Program-made: the position numbers and the translations under genes | Shown here: piece by piece, positions 16,134-28,570 of the stretch | Layout of the letters: every line of letters begins with the position of its first letter | How positions within the stretch are numbered: position 1 is the stretch's first letter | Assembly (NCBI GenBank): GCA_951406725.2 | Contig: OX597825.1 | Coordinates: forward strand, 10,168,001 to 10,232,000 | Source: Octopus vulgaris | Taxonomy: Eukaryota | Reading direction: 5' to 3' | DNA length: 64,000 bases | The notes under the pieces: model-generated | Told to the model about the DNA's origin: nothing | The model's database searches: none | What the model saw: the letters and a program-made list of their open reading frames with translations, nothing else

Positions 16134-16466
16134 CATATATATATATATATATACATACAGACATACATATACATATATATATATACACACACACACATAT
16201 GTGAGTGGACAAACTGTGTGCCGTGAGCTTAAGGATTGCTGGAGGCACCAGGCACATTACATAAATCTGTCTAATTTCAGTGTGTCCATGGCAAGAAACT
16301 ATTAACAGCTTTCATTTTAAATACTGTGTACATTAAATAATATATATGTGTGTATGTATATGTATATACGACCAGCTGAACAAATGACATTAATGCTCAC
16401 TGTTACTTGCAACAGTAATTTGATTGCTCCCAATGTGCATTGCATGATATGGTGCAGTTTTTTTAG

Positions 16467-16566
16467 NNNNNNNNNNNNNNNNNNNNNNNNNNNNNNNNNN
16501 NNNNNNNNNNNNNNNNNNNNNNNNNNNNNNNNNNNNNNNNNNNNNNNNNNNNNNNNNNNNNNNNNN
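16467..16566. other. Assembly gap (100 N)
   Basis: Exactly 100 Ns, probably a placeholder of unknown true size. Confidence 0.99.
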
Positions 16567-16759
16567 ATATATATGATTGACCGCTAGCCACTAAAGCTTT
16601 TTTTATTCTCTCTCTGTTTATTTTCTTGTGCTCCTTTTTGTTGAAGAGCGTGCGCTCGAAATGTAAAAGACTTTCTCACCTTCCCAAGCATTAAACTAAT
16701 ACACCAGTTTGTCGTTTACACACCTGTCTTTGCCTTTTCTTTATTTTGTAAATTCCAAC

Positions 16760-16800
<41 letters not shown>

Positions 16801-17238
16801 TGTATATAGTCAAATTGAACATCAAAAATAACAAATTACATAACAACAAAAGAACGTACATATGTATTAGCTTGATGCTCAGTAAAAGAGTGAGTCTTTT
16901 ATTCTTCAAGCATAGCTCTTAAAGGAAAAGATCCAGAGAAGGAGAAAATAGTTCAGTAATGTGTTACAATACATTTGTGAGTAATAATGTACGTGTTTTG
17001 GTTGAATTTCTTTTTAATTTCTCACCAATGGAGAGAGATCTGATTTCAAACCAAAAATCATGGTTCTTTTATCGAAATTTAGACAACATCAGTTAGGTAG
17101 TTATGCATGCATGTATCTAAGGATATGAGGATTGATGGATGGATGTATGCATGTAGAGATGCATGCGTGCATGTAATTGCATATGTGAATCTATTGTTTT
17201 GAGCTTGTTTATATGAGTACAGTGTGTTAATATGAGTA

Positions 17239-18082
17239 CAGTGTGTTCAGGAAAAGAGTACACAAATGTCCTATCTAAACATAAAAGTATTTTAAAAAGT
17301 CAAAAGATATCAAACTAGATTTTTGTTGGGAGATGACAGTTTACTCAAGGCTTCCATCAGTTTCCCCTACAACCTCAAGACAGCTCTAGAACCTGATGTT
17401 TGCATCCCTTACTGTTCCCTTGGGAATATCTTTGATTACCTCCATGATCATTGCCACCAGCTCTGACTTCGTGTTGTAAGCAGAGCAGTTGGTGTCTCCC
17501 TCAGCTGCACCCTACACACAGTAATCAAGGGAATTTAGGGGCCAGAATTTAGTGCCAGTGAGGTCATAGAAATTCTCTGACAACTACTTCTGACTCTTTC
17601 CAGGAGTACAGCAAGGAGTCAAATCCTGCTGCCACACATATGGCATTTCAGCAATAACCCTCTCCAATCAGGGTTTGACCGTAGTCTCCAGCAGCTGCAC
17701 ACAGCCATCAGAATTGAGTCTAAGACCATGTTCAAAGGTGTTGGGTGGCACGACATGACCATCACTGAAGACATCCAAAGACCATCACAGTTGGTAGGAA
17801 CTTGGTTTTTCAGGATGTCTATGCCATGTATTTTAGCCTTTACAATGTTCACAGAGCAGTACTCATGATGTTGGCATTTTGACACTTGGCACAAATCATC
17901 ATGATACAGGTTACTCTCTTCCAAAATTCAGATGGATTCCAGTCCTCCATGTCAGCCAAATTTTTCTCAACTATAACTTTAATTGCTATGACTCTAAAAC
18001 TGTTCCCTGTTCACCAAAACATCAAGCTATTCTTGAAAAACAGAAGACATAAAAAATCCTCAAACTTTGCCTGAACACCCTG
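17239..18082 (-). mobile_element. Internally deleted Tc1/mariner element (maT/DD37D-like)
   Basis: TIRs cagggtgttcaggcaaag / cagtgtgttcaggaaaag with TA flanks; decayed YVWQQD..PC..LSENFYD..FWP.NSLDY transposase motifs. Confidence 0.75.
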
Positions 18083-18093
18083 TACATATATAT

Positions 18094-18179
<86 letters not shown>

Positions 18180-18181
<2 letters not shown>

Positions 18182-18433
18182 TGGTTTTGCGATTTGGTTT
18201 GCAAGATTCTTTATATGAGTTCGTGTGTTGAAGCATATTCTGTTGTGTCTGGGGAGAGTCATTTTCTTTTTTGTGCCTTATAATGTAACACACACTCACC
18301 GGTAAAATTTCCACTTATTTCTTATTTTTATTTTTATTTTTATTTTTTTAAATAAGAAATAAGTGGAAATTTTACTGGTGAGTGTGTTACATTATAAGGC
18401 ACAAAAGATAATGACTCTCCCCAGAGACAACAG
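18180..18433. repeat. Fold-back repeat; related copy at 62668-62826
   Basis: ~90-bp arms ctgttgtgtctggggagagtc...cttattt and its reverse complement. Confidence 0.8.
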
Positions 18434-18467
<34 letters not shown>

Positions 18468-20280
18468 TATCTATATACACACACACATACACCTATGTTT
18501 CCATTTTTATATACATCTATATGCGTGTGTGTATGCACACACCTGTTTTCATTTCTATCTGTACACAAATGTATAAAATGAATGCAAAAATTTGGGAATG
18601 TTTTACATATTTTCACTGTTGCATCAATAGATTTTAATTGTAAGTTCCTAGTTAGTCTTGTACTTTCTGGTTTTGTGAAGCCCAGCTTCTCAAGATTAGT
18701 GCTGACATTGATTGATACTTAACGAAGAAACCCAATAATTGCAGTTTGCAATTTAAACTCATAATTTAAAATTATGTTACAATGTGGGTGTATGAGTATT
18801 TATGTATGTGTGCATATATCTGTTATGTTTGTAGTAGATAGTTATATGTACACACACACACACATACACACACACACATATTTATGATATAATATATACA
18901 AGAAAACCACCATAAACCAAGAAACTAAGAACAAAAAATTTCTTAATGCAGGATAATTTAGAACCATAAAAAAAAACAAGATACAAAAGATTCACAGTCA
19001 ACAGCACACACACAAATAAACAAGCATATCAAATATATACCCCCATCTTCAGCTGCCTAACAGATATCATTATAGTTTCAATACATGTACACACACACAC
19101 TCACACATACATATATATAAATATATGTACATATGTAGCAATGATTTGGCAAAACCATTGAAGCATAAGATAGAATACCTCGTGGTATTCGATTTGCTCT
19201 ATTGAACTCAAGTTCAAATACCACCAATGTCAGACTTGTCCTTCATTGTTTTATGTTCAATAAATAAAGTAGATGTTCATAGTAGAATGGTTAGATCATC
19301 AGAAGGGATGCCTTGCGCTGTTTGTTCTGGCCCTTCTGGTTCTGTATTCAAAACTTCTTAGGAGCTTGAAAAGTAGCCTCCTCCCCACAACCTCCAACCA
19401 AAAGCCCAGAGCCCAGTATGGGACATAATGCTCATAGAAAAGTGCTGGAGGAGATCCTTCAGCTAGAGTGAAAAGTACATTGGTGACCATGTATACATAC
19501 ACATAATACATCCATACGTATATACATATATATATATATATGCATATATATGTACATATGTACATGTGCATCTTTATATAATACATACATATATATGTGC
19601 ATTTGTGTCTATGTGTGTGAATGAGTGTGTGCATGTACGCATATATGTATGTATGCGTAGGTGACTAATAGAGCACTAAACTCTATGATTCTATTGTAAT
19701 TCTAAATAAACCATGCAATAAACATTTTGATCAGCGACAAGTATAATATATGTTGTAGCTAAATCTTGTATTCAATGAATAATTTTCCAAAATTTTTATT
19801 TTGTAGTTTTGTAAAAAAAATAACTTGTTTATAAAATAAAATTTAAAAAATAAACACAATAAAATGTTTTGCTTCAATGTTTTGATTTTTGTTTTTCTGA
19901 TCCAGAATATTTGTTTGTTTGTATACATGCTTTCCTGAGTATTGAAATACACTCTTTGGTCTACACTATTTACAAAACAAAATTCAGTAAAATTATTGGT
20001 GAGGATAATGTAACAATTTACAAAACTGAAGAGAGATGCTTTGCTTGTATTTACTGATCTGTGAAGAAAAAGGAAAGAAAATAAAATAAAAAATCACATC
20101 CCTTGAATTTCTTTCAGACTGTATTTATTTTCCATCATAAAGAAATATTTTGCTTCATAAAATGTTTAATTCATATGTCTCAAGTTATATCATGTTCATG
20201 ATTTCAAAAAAGAATGAAATGGTACTAGACATGATCACCTGAGACTAAACATTTTAAGACCTTTGCAACAAGGAGGCACA

Positions 20281-20327
<47 letters not shown>

Positions 20328-20416
20328 ATCCATACAATATATATAATGTATCTATCTCTCTCTCTATCTCTCTCTCTCTATATATATATATATCCATCCA
20401 TCCATCCATCAATCCA

Positions 20417-20503
<87 letters not shown>

Positions 20504-21315
20504 ATAAACTCTCTTCATCTTCTTTCTTATTCCTCTCAACAAGGAAGAAGCATCATATTCCTAAATTTCAAATGCAGCATACATAAAAATAAGACAGGAT
20601 GATCAGGGCTGAAATGCATTTTTTGATCATAGGTCTTGAGGTCAAATAGCAACAACATCAGGCATATTTAAACAGACTGGAACATGGAGAGAGTGTGACA
20701 TGCTTCGTCTCCTACACTACACACCCATGTGATTCATCACTGCTTACTGGAGTATGATGTCATGTGGCTCTCAACAAGGCAGAAGCATCATATAACTTGA
20801 AAGTAGAAACCAACTACCTGTCATCGTCGTTGTCATCGTCGTTGTCATCGTCATCGCCATCATCACCACTGCCATCACTGTCAGCATCATCATCGTTGCC
20901 GTCGTCGTTATCATCATCATTATCATTATTTAACACAGGCACAGGCGTGGCTCTGTGGTAAGAAGCTTGCTTCCAGAAAAAATAAAAAATAAAAAAAAGA
21001 GAACAGTGTTCTCGAGGGTCTTCGATCGGTGGGCGTCGTTTTGCTTCTCTCATTAATATCGTTATTTCGTTCATCATTTCATCTCATTTGTGTTATTGTC
21101 CATCCGGCACTTGCTTCTATCTTTCTAATTCCTTTATGGCAAATCTGATGAAATAAAGAAGCTTGCTTCCAAACCACATGGTTCTGGGTTCAGTCCCACT
21201 GCATGGCACCTTGGGTGAGTGTCTTCTACTATAGCCTTGGGCCAACCAAAGGCTCGTGAGTGGATTTGGCAGACGCTAAACTGAAAGAAGCCCCAAAATA
21301 TATACATATATACAT

Positions 21316-21393
<78 letters not shown>

Positions 21394-22389
21394 TTGTGTG
21401 TATTTGTGTGTCTGCAGTTCAGCAAAAAGAGACCAATAGAATAAGTACCAGGCTTACAAAGAATAAGTCCTGGGGTTGAATTGTTCGACTAAAGGCGGTG
21501 CTCCAGCATGGCTGCAGTCAAATGACTGAAACAAGTAAGAGAACACCTTTTCCATGCTGGCATGGGTTAGATGGTTTGACAAGATCTAGCAAGGCCAGGA
21601 GCCACAATAGCTCCATTGTTCGTTTTGGCATGGTTTCTACAGATGGGTGCCAGGAAAATATGCATTTCCTGATAGATGAAATGCTGCTAATCATTTTGTG
21701 CAATATGTTAACGATTCTGTCAGCTCATTGCCTTATAAGAAGTAAAGATATTATTTAATTTGATTGTTCATAGCAATGAGGCGTATGACATACTTTTAGC
21801 TTTTTATAAAATCCGGTTAAATTCTCAATGTATGAACATGAATGAAGGAAGAATATGTAAAACTTGAAAATCTTGTTTATTCGTTTTTAACAGCAACTAA
21901 ACATAATAGATACAGAAATAAGTTTAAATATATGCTATCAGACTAACTGTTGAATGTTTATGCAAACATTGTACCTTCTATCTTTAATGGTTCAATTATT
22001 CAGGCTTTCACACATGTGGTTTTATGTATTAGCCAAGTATTGTCAAGTCAATACATTAGCCAGCATGGTTGAAGTCTGTGTTTAGCTGAGGAGGTTAACT
22101 GGACTCAATCATCACCAGAGTTGCTAAAATAATCGAAATATTATCGGTCAATCTCTCATATTTTTTTTAATCATTTTGCATAATTTTTCTACTAAGCTTT
22201 TTAGTATTTCGACATTTGCAAAATTGGTGTCTTTATTGATTGTATAGGTTCCAGACGGGTTATAGAACTATCACATAAACAACTGTTGAATGGACAAGAT
22301 ATAGGCTGCGCACATGATCAAACCACGATTGAATTGTGATTTGATATTCGTATGTCGCGAAACGTGGGTTCGAATCTAATGCTGCACCT

Positions 22390-24070
22390 ATCTTACTGTC
22401 TTACTGGAAATAAAACTCCGCATCTCTCAAAGTCCTCTTGAATGTTTGGCATGACAGAATCTCACAGCAAGTTCAAGTAAATAGGATCAGTCAGAGTACG
22501 GTAACAAAGAATGATGTATCAGGTCATCCCATAAGTTCTGTCCGATTTTACCTTTTTCTTAAATTGAATGAAATTTAATAGCATTTTAGAATGTCTAATG
22601 GAATTAAAAATTATTTTTATGCATTTGTGTACATGTAAACTAATTAAATATTATTTTACAGAATAATAGAATTAAAATTTTTTGATTAAAACCCTTTCTA
22701 ACATGGAAGTATCCAAAGAGCATTTGAGGCACATAATGCTTTATGAGTACAAAAAAGGAAACTCTGCAACCGAGGTGACTCGAAATATACACTCAGTTTA
22801 TGGGAAAGAATGCTTGAATGAAAGAACTTGCAGAAGATGATTTGAAAAATTCAGAAGTGGAGATTTCAGCCTTGAAGATGAAGATTGAACAGGACGTCCA
22901 GTTGAGTTTGATGATAAGCTCCTTGAGGCATTACTTCAAGAAAATCCTGCATTATCAGTTGAAGAATTGGCAATAAAGCTTAGTTCAAACCATACAACTG
23001 TTCATCATCATCTTCAACAACTTGGAAACTTTCCTAAACTTGGAAAATGGGTACCTCATGAATTGTCCGAAAGCAACCACAAATCCCGAATTGACATCTG
23101 CTCTTCTCTCCATTCTCGCAAACTCATTTCACTCATTTTGGATAGACTTATGACTGGTGACGAAAAATGGATCTTCTAATCGAAATTTTAAACATCGTAA
23201 ATAGTGGCTTGCTAAAAGGGAAAAAGCTCAACCACAACCGAGAAGGGAACATCATGGAAAAAAGGTTCTTCTCTCTATCTGGTGGGATTGCAAAGGAGTA
23301 ATTCACTTTGAATTGTTACCACCTAATGCAACAATCAATGCTCAAGTCTACTCTCAGCAGTTAGAGCGTTTGAACCAAGCTTTGACGAAAAAAAAGACCC
23401 ACTTTAGGGAATCAGAAAGAAGTGATGTTTCACCAGGACAATGCAGAGGTCACATCGCAGAAGATAGAAAAGCTTGGTTGGGAAAAAATTCCTCATCTAC
23501 CTTATTCTCCCGACCTTGCTCCTTCAGACTACCATTTGTTTCGTAGTTTACAGAATCATTTGGGAGACATAACTTTCACAAGCCAGGTGGAGGTCGAAAC
23601 TGACATTTCAGACTTCTTCGCTTTGAAACCAAAAGAGTTTTACATTGATGGGATTAAAAAGCTTATAAATAGATGGAAGGAAGTCATAGATAATAAGGGA
23701 AAGTACATTGATGATTAAATTCCTGTTAAATATAACATTTGATCACTTGTTTTCTTTATTCAAAAGTCGAACAGATCTTATGGGATGACGTGATAATTAA
23801 TTCTTTTGATGATAAGCTGCACCATTCTGTAGCTCCAGGTAAATAACACGATGTTCCTCAGTAATAAACAAATTCTTAGCTCCCCAGCAAGTGAAATTGT
23901 GACGGTTAACTGAGCTCTTTAATTTAGATAAAGCTTCATTTCTCCAAACAATCTTACTTGGAAAGAGTGCATCTTCTACACATCTGGCCAATTATCATTC
24001 ACAAAGTTTATTTGTTAGTCTGGATCATCTTCGTTGAGATGTACATGCACACACGTACACTGGTACACCT
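22390..24070 (-). mobile_element. Older Tc1/mariner-superfamily transposase relic split by the mariner insertion
   Basis: KIVWRNEALSKLKSSVNRHNFTCW...WCSLSSKELI right of the mariner continues as ...IYLNLL.DSVMPNIQEDF..FYFQ.D left of it; boundaries approximate. Confidence 0.65.
22519..23793 (+). mobile_element. Full-length degenerate mariner (DD34D) transposon
   Basis: TIRs tcaggtcatcccataagttctgtccga / tcgaacagatcttatgggatgacgtga; TA on both sides; 1275 bp; transposase 22703-23718 with WVPHEL, TGDEKW, HQDNA and YSPDLAPSDYHLF, broken by stops and frameshifts. Confidence 0.95.
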
Positions 24071-24582
24071 TGAAAAATTAGGGTTCTAAAAACCAGAAAG
24101 GGGACAGCTAATTACAAGGCTACATCGACCCATGGAATACAAGTCATCCATGGAACTGTCAAAATACGTAAAATTTTCCAGCATCTAACATAGTCAGATG
24201 CACAGGCCTAGACATTCAATTATGAGTATACATGTATGAGTATACATAAATAAAACAAAACATAGAGCTGCACATGCACTGACATTCCAAATACTTGCAT
24301 ATATGCAGACATAAATGCAAATATACTCTGTTGATGCTGTTGAAATTCCAATGAAGAAGCTCTGGGTCTAGGTTAAGAACGGACTCTTTCTCCAATATCA
24401 GGAAATCTTAGGCGTGGCTGTGTGATAAGAACCAACCACATGGTTCCAGGTTCAGTCACACTGCATGGTGCCTTGGGTAAATGTCTTCTACTATAGCCTC
24501 AGGCCGACCAAAACCTTGTGAGTGAATTTGGTAGAAGGAAAGTCAATGAAGTACATCGTGTGTTTCTGTGTGTGCGTGTCTT

Positions 24583-26035
24583 CTATTTTTTAATTATTAT
24601 AAATCTTCCACTGAGTAGGGAGCCGGTTTCCAACATAGATACAAGGCTCCATCTTTGGGATGTAGTTAACACAAACAAATTCACATTTGGAACTTGAGAA
24701 AAGTCTTGCATATTTTTACTGTTCCACTCACAGATTGCACTTGTACGAATCAGCCAATCAATTTCTCTTTCTGAAAATCCCAGTTTATCCAGATTGTCCT
24801 TTAAGCATTTACTAACAACACCTAGTGATCCAATTATTATTGTTATGAATATGAATTCATAGTCTGGATATAGAAGCTGGAGGTTTTGAAGCAGTTGTCC
24901 ATAGATATCCTCTTTTTCTTTGATTTTCAAAGAGATATTTATATCTGCAAGGCAGCTGACCTCCATGATAGTACATACCTTTTCCCCTCTCTTCCAAACA
25001 GCAATATCCGGCCTGCTATGTTTACATTTGACAGAAGTTTTGATGGGAATATTCCACCAGTATTCCTTGAGTTGGTGTTTATAAATATATTTCATAACAG
25101 AGGGGTTTTCTAAGTTTATTTTAGGACAGTCTTTTTTGCAGATGGCATTGTAAATTGTTTTAGCAACATCATGCCGCATAGGGAGGTAGTTCCGTGATGA
25201 CATCTTAGGACAACAGCTAATCACATGCATAATATCTTCCACAGAAACATGACATAGACTACACATGCGGTTGCACCTTGGGATTACAAGAGCGTTACTG
25301 TCTCTCTTGTTCACCAGGTACTTCGTGGCAATCTCCTGTTCCTGGATTGCAAACGGATAGCCTTCGAAGTGTGATGTGATGTAGTGGTCTTGTGTCCAAG
25401 AGAGACTGCACTTCGTGTCAATTCTACTGTCTTCTTCAAGCTTCCGGGCAACATACCCATGCATGGTCTTTTTTTTTTTTTGTATGCTGAGTGCTTTCCA
25501 TCCAGGTCTTCTCTGAGCTAAGAGAGCCCAGCTGTTTTGGGGTTATATAGGAGATCATCAGGAAGAGAGTGTTTCTTGGGGAGTTCACTGCCAACTCGTA
25601 CAATGTTGCTCACTTCACTTTTCAGCACTGCATTAATATATTTATTTTTGCTGCTGTTGTTCAGCAGATGCTGACTAAGTGATACCAAACGGCATTCGAA
25701 GGCCGTCTGCACCGATCTCATGCCTCTATCACCTTCATTTCTTCATAGGTAGAACCTGTCAACATCTCTGTTTCTGTGGAAGTTCCCAGTTGTTGTCAGG
25801 ATTTTGCAGGTTTTGGTATCTATGGAGAAGATTTCCTCTACAGACCAATCAAGTATTCCAAATGTTGGGATCAGCACTGGTACTGCAAATGCATTGTGGA
25901 ATATTATTTTGTTGTTAGAGGAGAGTTTTGACCGCCATATTTTCCAAAGTCTGGTGTAATATTCTCGGCTCATTCTATTTTTATTCACAATGCCTTCATA
26001 TGATACATTTTCGTCTATGCCTAGGGACTTTAACA
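24583..26035 (-). mobile_element. 5'-truncated R4/Dong-like (RLE-clade) non-LTR retrotransposon
   Basis: RT thumb (LGIDEN...NAFAVPVL..FGILDW), CCHC knuckle CSLC...HVISCC, RHD, and a PD-(D/E)xK endonuclease (RPDIAV...MEVSC...KEKEDIY); frameshifted. Confidence 0.88.
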
Positions 26036-26689
26036 TTCTTTGTGTGGAACGGGGGAGATAGAGAGACCGTTGATGCAGAGGTTTGGGGTTCGAGGGACTG
26101 ACTTTCCTCGTTCTATCACAAAATATGAACATTTCTTGTTCATACAGATCAAGAAATGTACGTATGTATGTGCGTGTGTGTGTGTGTCTGTGTTTGTCTC
26201 TCACCACCGCTTGACAACCGGTGTTGGTTTACGTCCGCGTAACTTGACGGTTCAGCAAAAGATATTAATGGAATAAGAAGAAGGTTTTGCAAAAAATAAG
26301 TACTGGGGTCGATTTGTTCGACTAAAAATCCAAGGCGGTGCTCCAGCATGGCCGCAGTCTAAAGTCAGAAAAAAGTAAAAACATAAAGAGGAAAAAGACA
26401 AATAAAAGTAAATGGTAACAGACACATTTACTATCATATTTAGTATTGAATCGTTTCTGATAGAAGAGTGACGAGGTAAGCCCTTTCTTTCTGCTGGGCA
26501 ATTGGCCCACAGTTTGAAACTAATCGCCACTCCAATTTCTCTCAGCTCATCTTTTCTTCCTCTACTTGTTTATAATACCGGATACCATGTTCAAATCTAA
26601 CTTTTACTGACCTAAATTTTTTTTTAAATAGTGACAGCGTTTACTTTTACAGCACAAAAAACATTTAAAGAGAATTAAGCCTATATTAT

Positions 26690-27425
26690 ATTTCTTTACT
26701 ACCCACAAGGAGCTAAACACAGAGAGGACAAACAACGACAGACAAACGGATTAAGTCGATTATATCGAGACTAGTGCGTAACTGGTACTTATTTAATCGA
26801 CCCCGAAAGGACGAAAGGTAAAGTCGACCTCGGTGGAATTTGAACTCAGAACGTAACCGCAGACGAAATACCTATTTCTTTACTACACACAAAGGGGACA
26901 AACAAGGATAGACAAACGGATTAAGTCGATTATATCGACTCCAGAGCGTAACTGGTACTTATTTAATCGACCCCGAAAGGATGAAAGGTAAAGTCGACCT
27001 CGGTGGAATTTGAACTCAGAACGTAGCGACAGACGAAATACCTATTTCTCTTTCTTTACTACCTATAACCTATAAGGGGCTAAACGCGGAGAGGACAAAC
27101 GGATTAAGTCGATTATATCGAGACCAGTGCGTAACTGGTACTTATTTAATCGACCCCGAAAGGACGATAGGTAAAGTCGACCTCGGCGGAATTTGAACTC
27201 AGAACGTAGCAGCAGATGAAATACTTATTTCTTTACTACCTACAAGGGGCTAAACACAGAGAGGACACACGGATTAAGTCGATTATATCGACCCCAGTGC
27301 GTAACTGGAAAGGATGAAAAGGCAAAGTCGACCTCGGCGGAATTTGAACTCAGAACGTAACGGCAGACGAACTACGGCTACGCATTTCGCCCGGCGTGCT
27401 AACGTCTCTGCCAGCGCGCCGCCTT
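26690..27425 (-). mobile_element. tRNA-derived SINE family A, tetrameric copy
   Basis: Head ggcggcgcgctggcaga; B-box gagttcaaattcc; core gtcgactttgcctttcatcctttcggggtcgat..aagtaccag. Other copies (approx.): + 1732, 3190, 5089, 30490, 39929, 50139, 61905, 63755; - 10130, 37327, 41325, 46800, 56530, 57170, 59095, 59683. Confidence 0.9.
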
Positions 27426-27732
27426 AAAAGAGAATGAAATCTATATGAAGAGTGTTAACGCTTCGTTTGAAGAGAGCTAATTGGTAAGGGAAGTAACTCT
27501 AAATGACTACTTTCAAACCTTCACAAGCTTTGTTTTCCTTTTCTCTCCTATTCTTGCTTCTTTCTTCCTCTATGAATGACGTTTCTCTCGCTCGGAGCGA
27601 GGGAGGTGATGAGAGAGAAAAAGTAATATTTACCTGATTGTATCGATCTATTTATCTATCTATCTATACATAAAAAGAGAGATAGAGTGTAAAAGCTAAA
27701 GAATTAGTCGGCTTAACCATTAATTCCAAGGA

Positions 27733-27977
27733 ATGGCAGAAGTCAAAACGGCGAATGATTCTTCGGATAAAACGTTTGATTGTCTTAACGCGAAATCGTC
27801 CAAGAAGACATCGAAAGATGAGTTGGCACCCGGCTTTACTATACCTACAGAACAGATAGCAGGAGTACCAGATTTTGGGTGGAGAGTACCTCTTAGCTAC
27901 AGCTGTCAGATGAAATGTAAGGCCTTCTTTACTCCCCGTCTAAAACAAATACCTAGTTATCTCGGATTAGGAGTCCG
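27733..27977 (+). CDS. GBA2: GBA2 (non-lysosomal glucosylceramidase, GH116) coding exon 1 of 17
   Basis: ATG at 27733; translates ...VPDFGWRVPL...LGLGVR, similar to the GBA2 N-terminus; donor CG|gtaag; phase 2 matches exon 2. The start codon is inferred. Confidence 0.85.
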
Positions 27978-28144
27978 GTAAGAAATTCACGGGTTTTTTG
28001 TTTGTTTCTTTTCTTTTTTATATATGTATATTTCATATAGATTTTTTTCTTCACTTCAAAACATTCAGGTCTTGTGAGATTTCTTGTTAAAACTTCCCCA
28101 CGTTCTCTCTACCTCTTTCTCTCTATCTCTCTACCTCTTCTCTC

Positions 28145-28145
28145 A

Positions 28146-28197
<52 letters not shown>

Positions 28198-28358
28198 GTC
28201 TGTCTGTCTGTCTGTCTATCTCTCTATCTGTCTATCTATCGATCTATCTATCTCTCGATCTATCTATCTGTCTGTCTGTCTATCTATCGATCTATCTATC
28301 TATCTGTCGGTCTGTCTGTCGATCTATCTATCTATCGATCTATCTATCTATCTATCTA

Positions 28359-28391
<33 letters not shown>

Positions 28392-28406
28392 TTATCTAAC
28401 TATCTA

Positions 28407-28457
<51 letters not shown>

Positions 28458-28462
28458 GTCTG

Positions 28463-28497
<35 letters not shown>

Positions 28498-28500
28498 GTT

Positions 28501-28531
<31 letters not shown>

Positions 28532-28570
28532 ATTTCTCTCTCTCTCTCCCTCTCTCTATTTCTCTCTCCC
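28145..28570. repeat. (TCTA)n/(TCTG)n/(TA)n/(CT)n array at the start of GBA2 intron 1
   Basis: Direct observation. Confidence 0.95.

Noticed and set aside
22295-22390. Possible tRNA gene suggested by GGTTCGAATC
   Set aside because: No cloverleaf or clear A-box; it adjoins a decayed minus-strand transposase relic.
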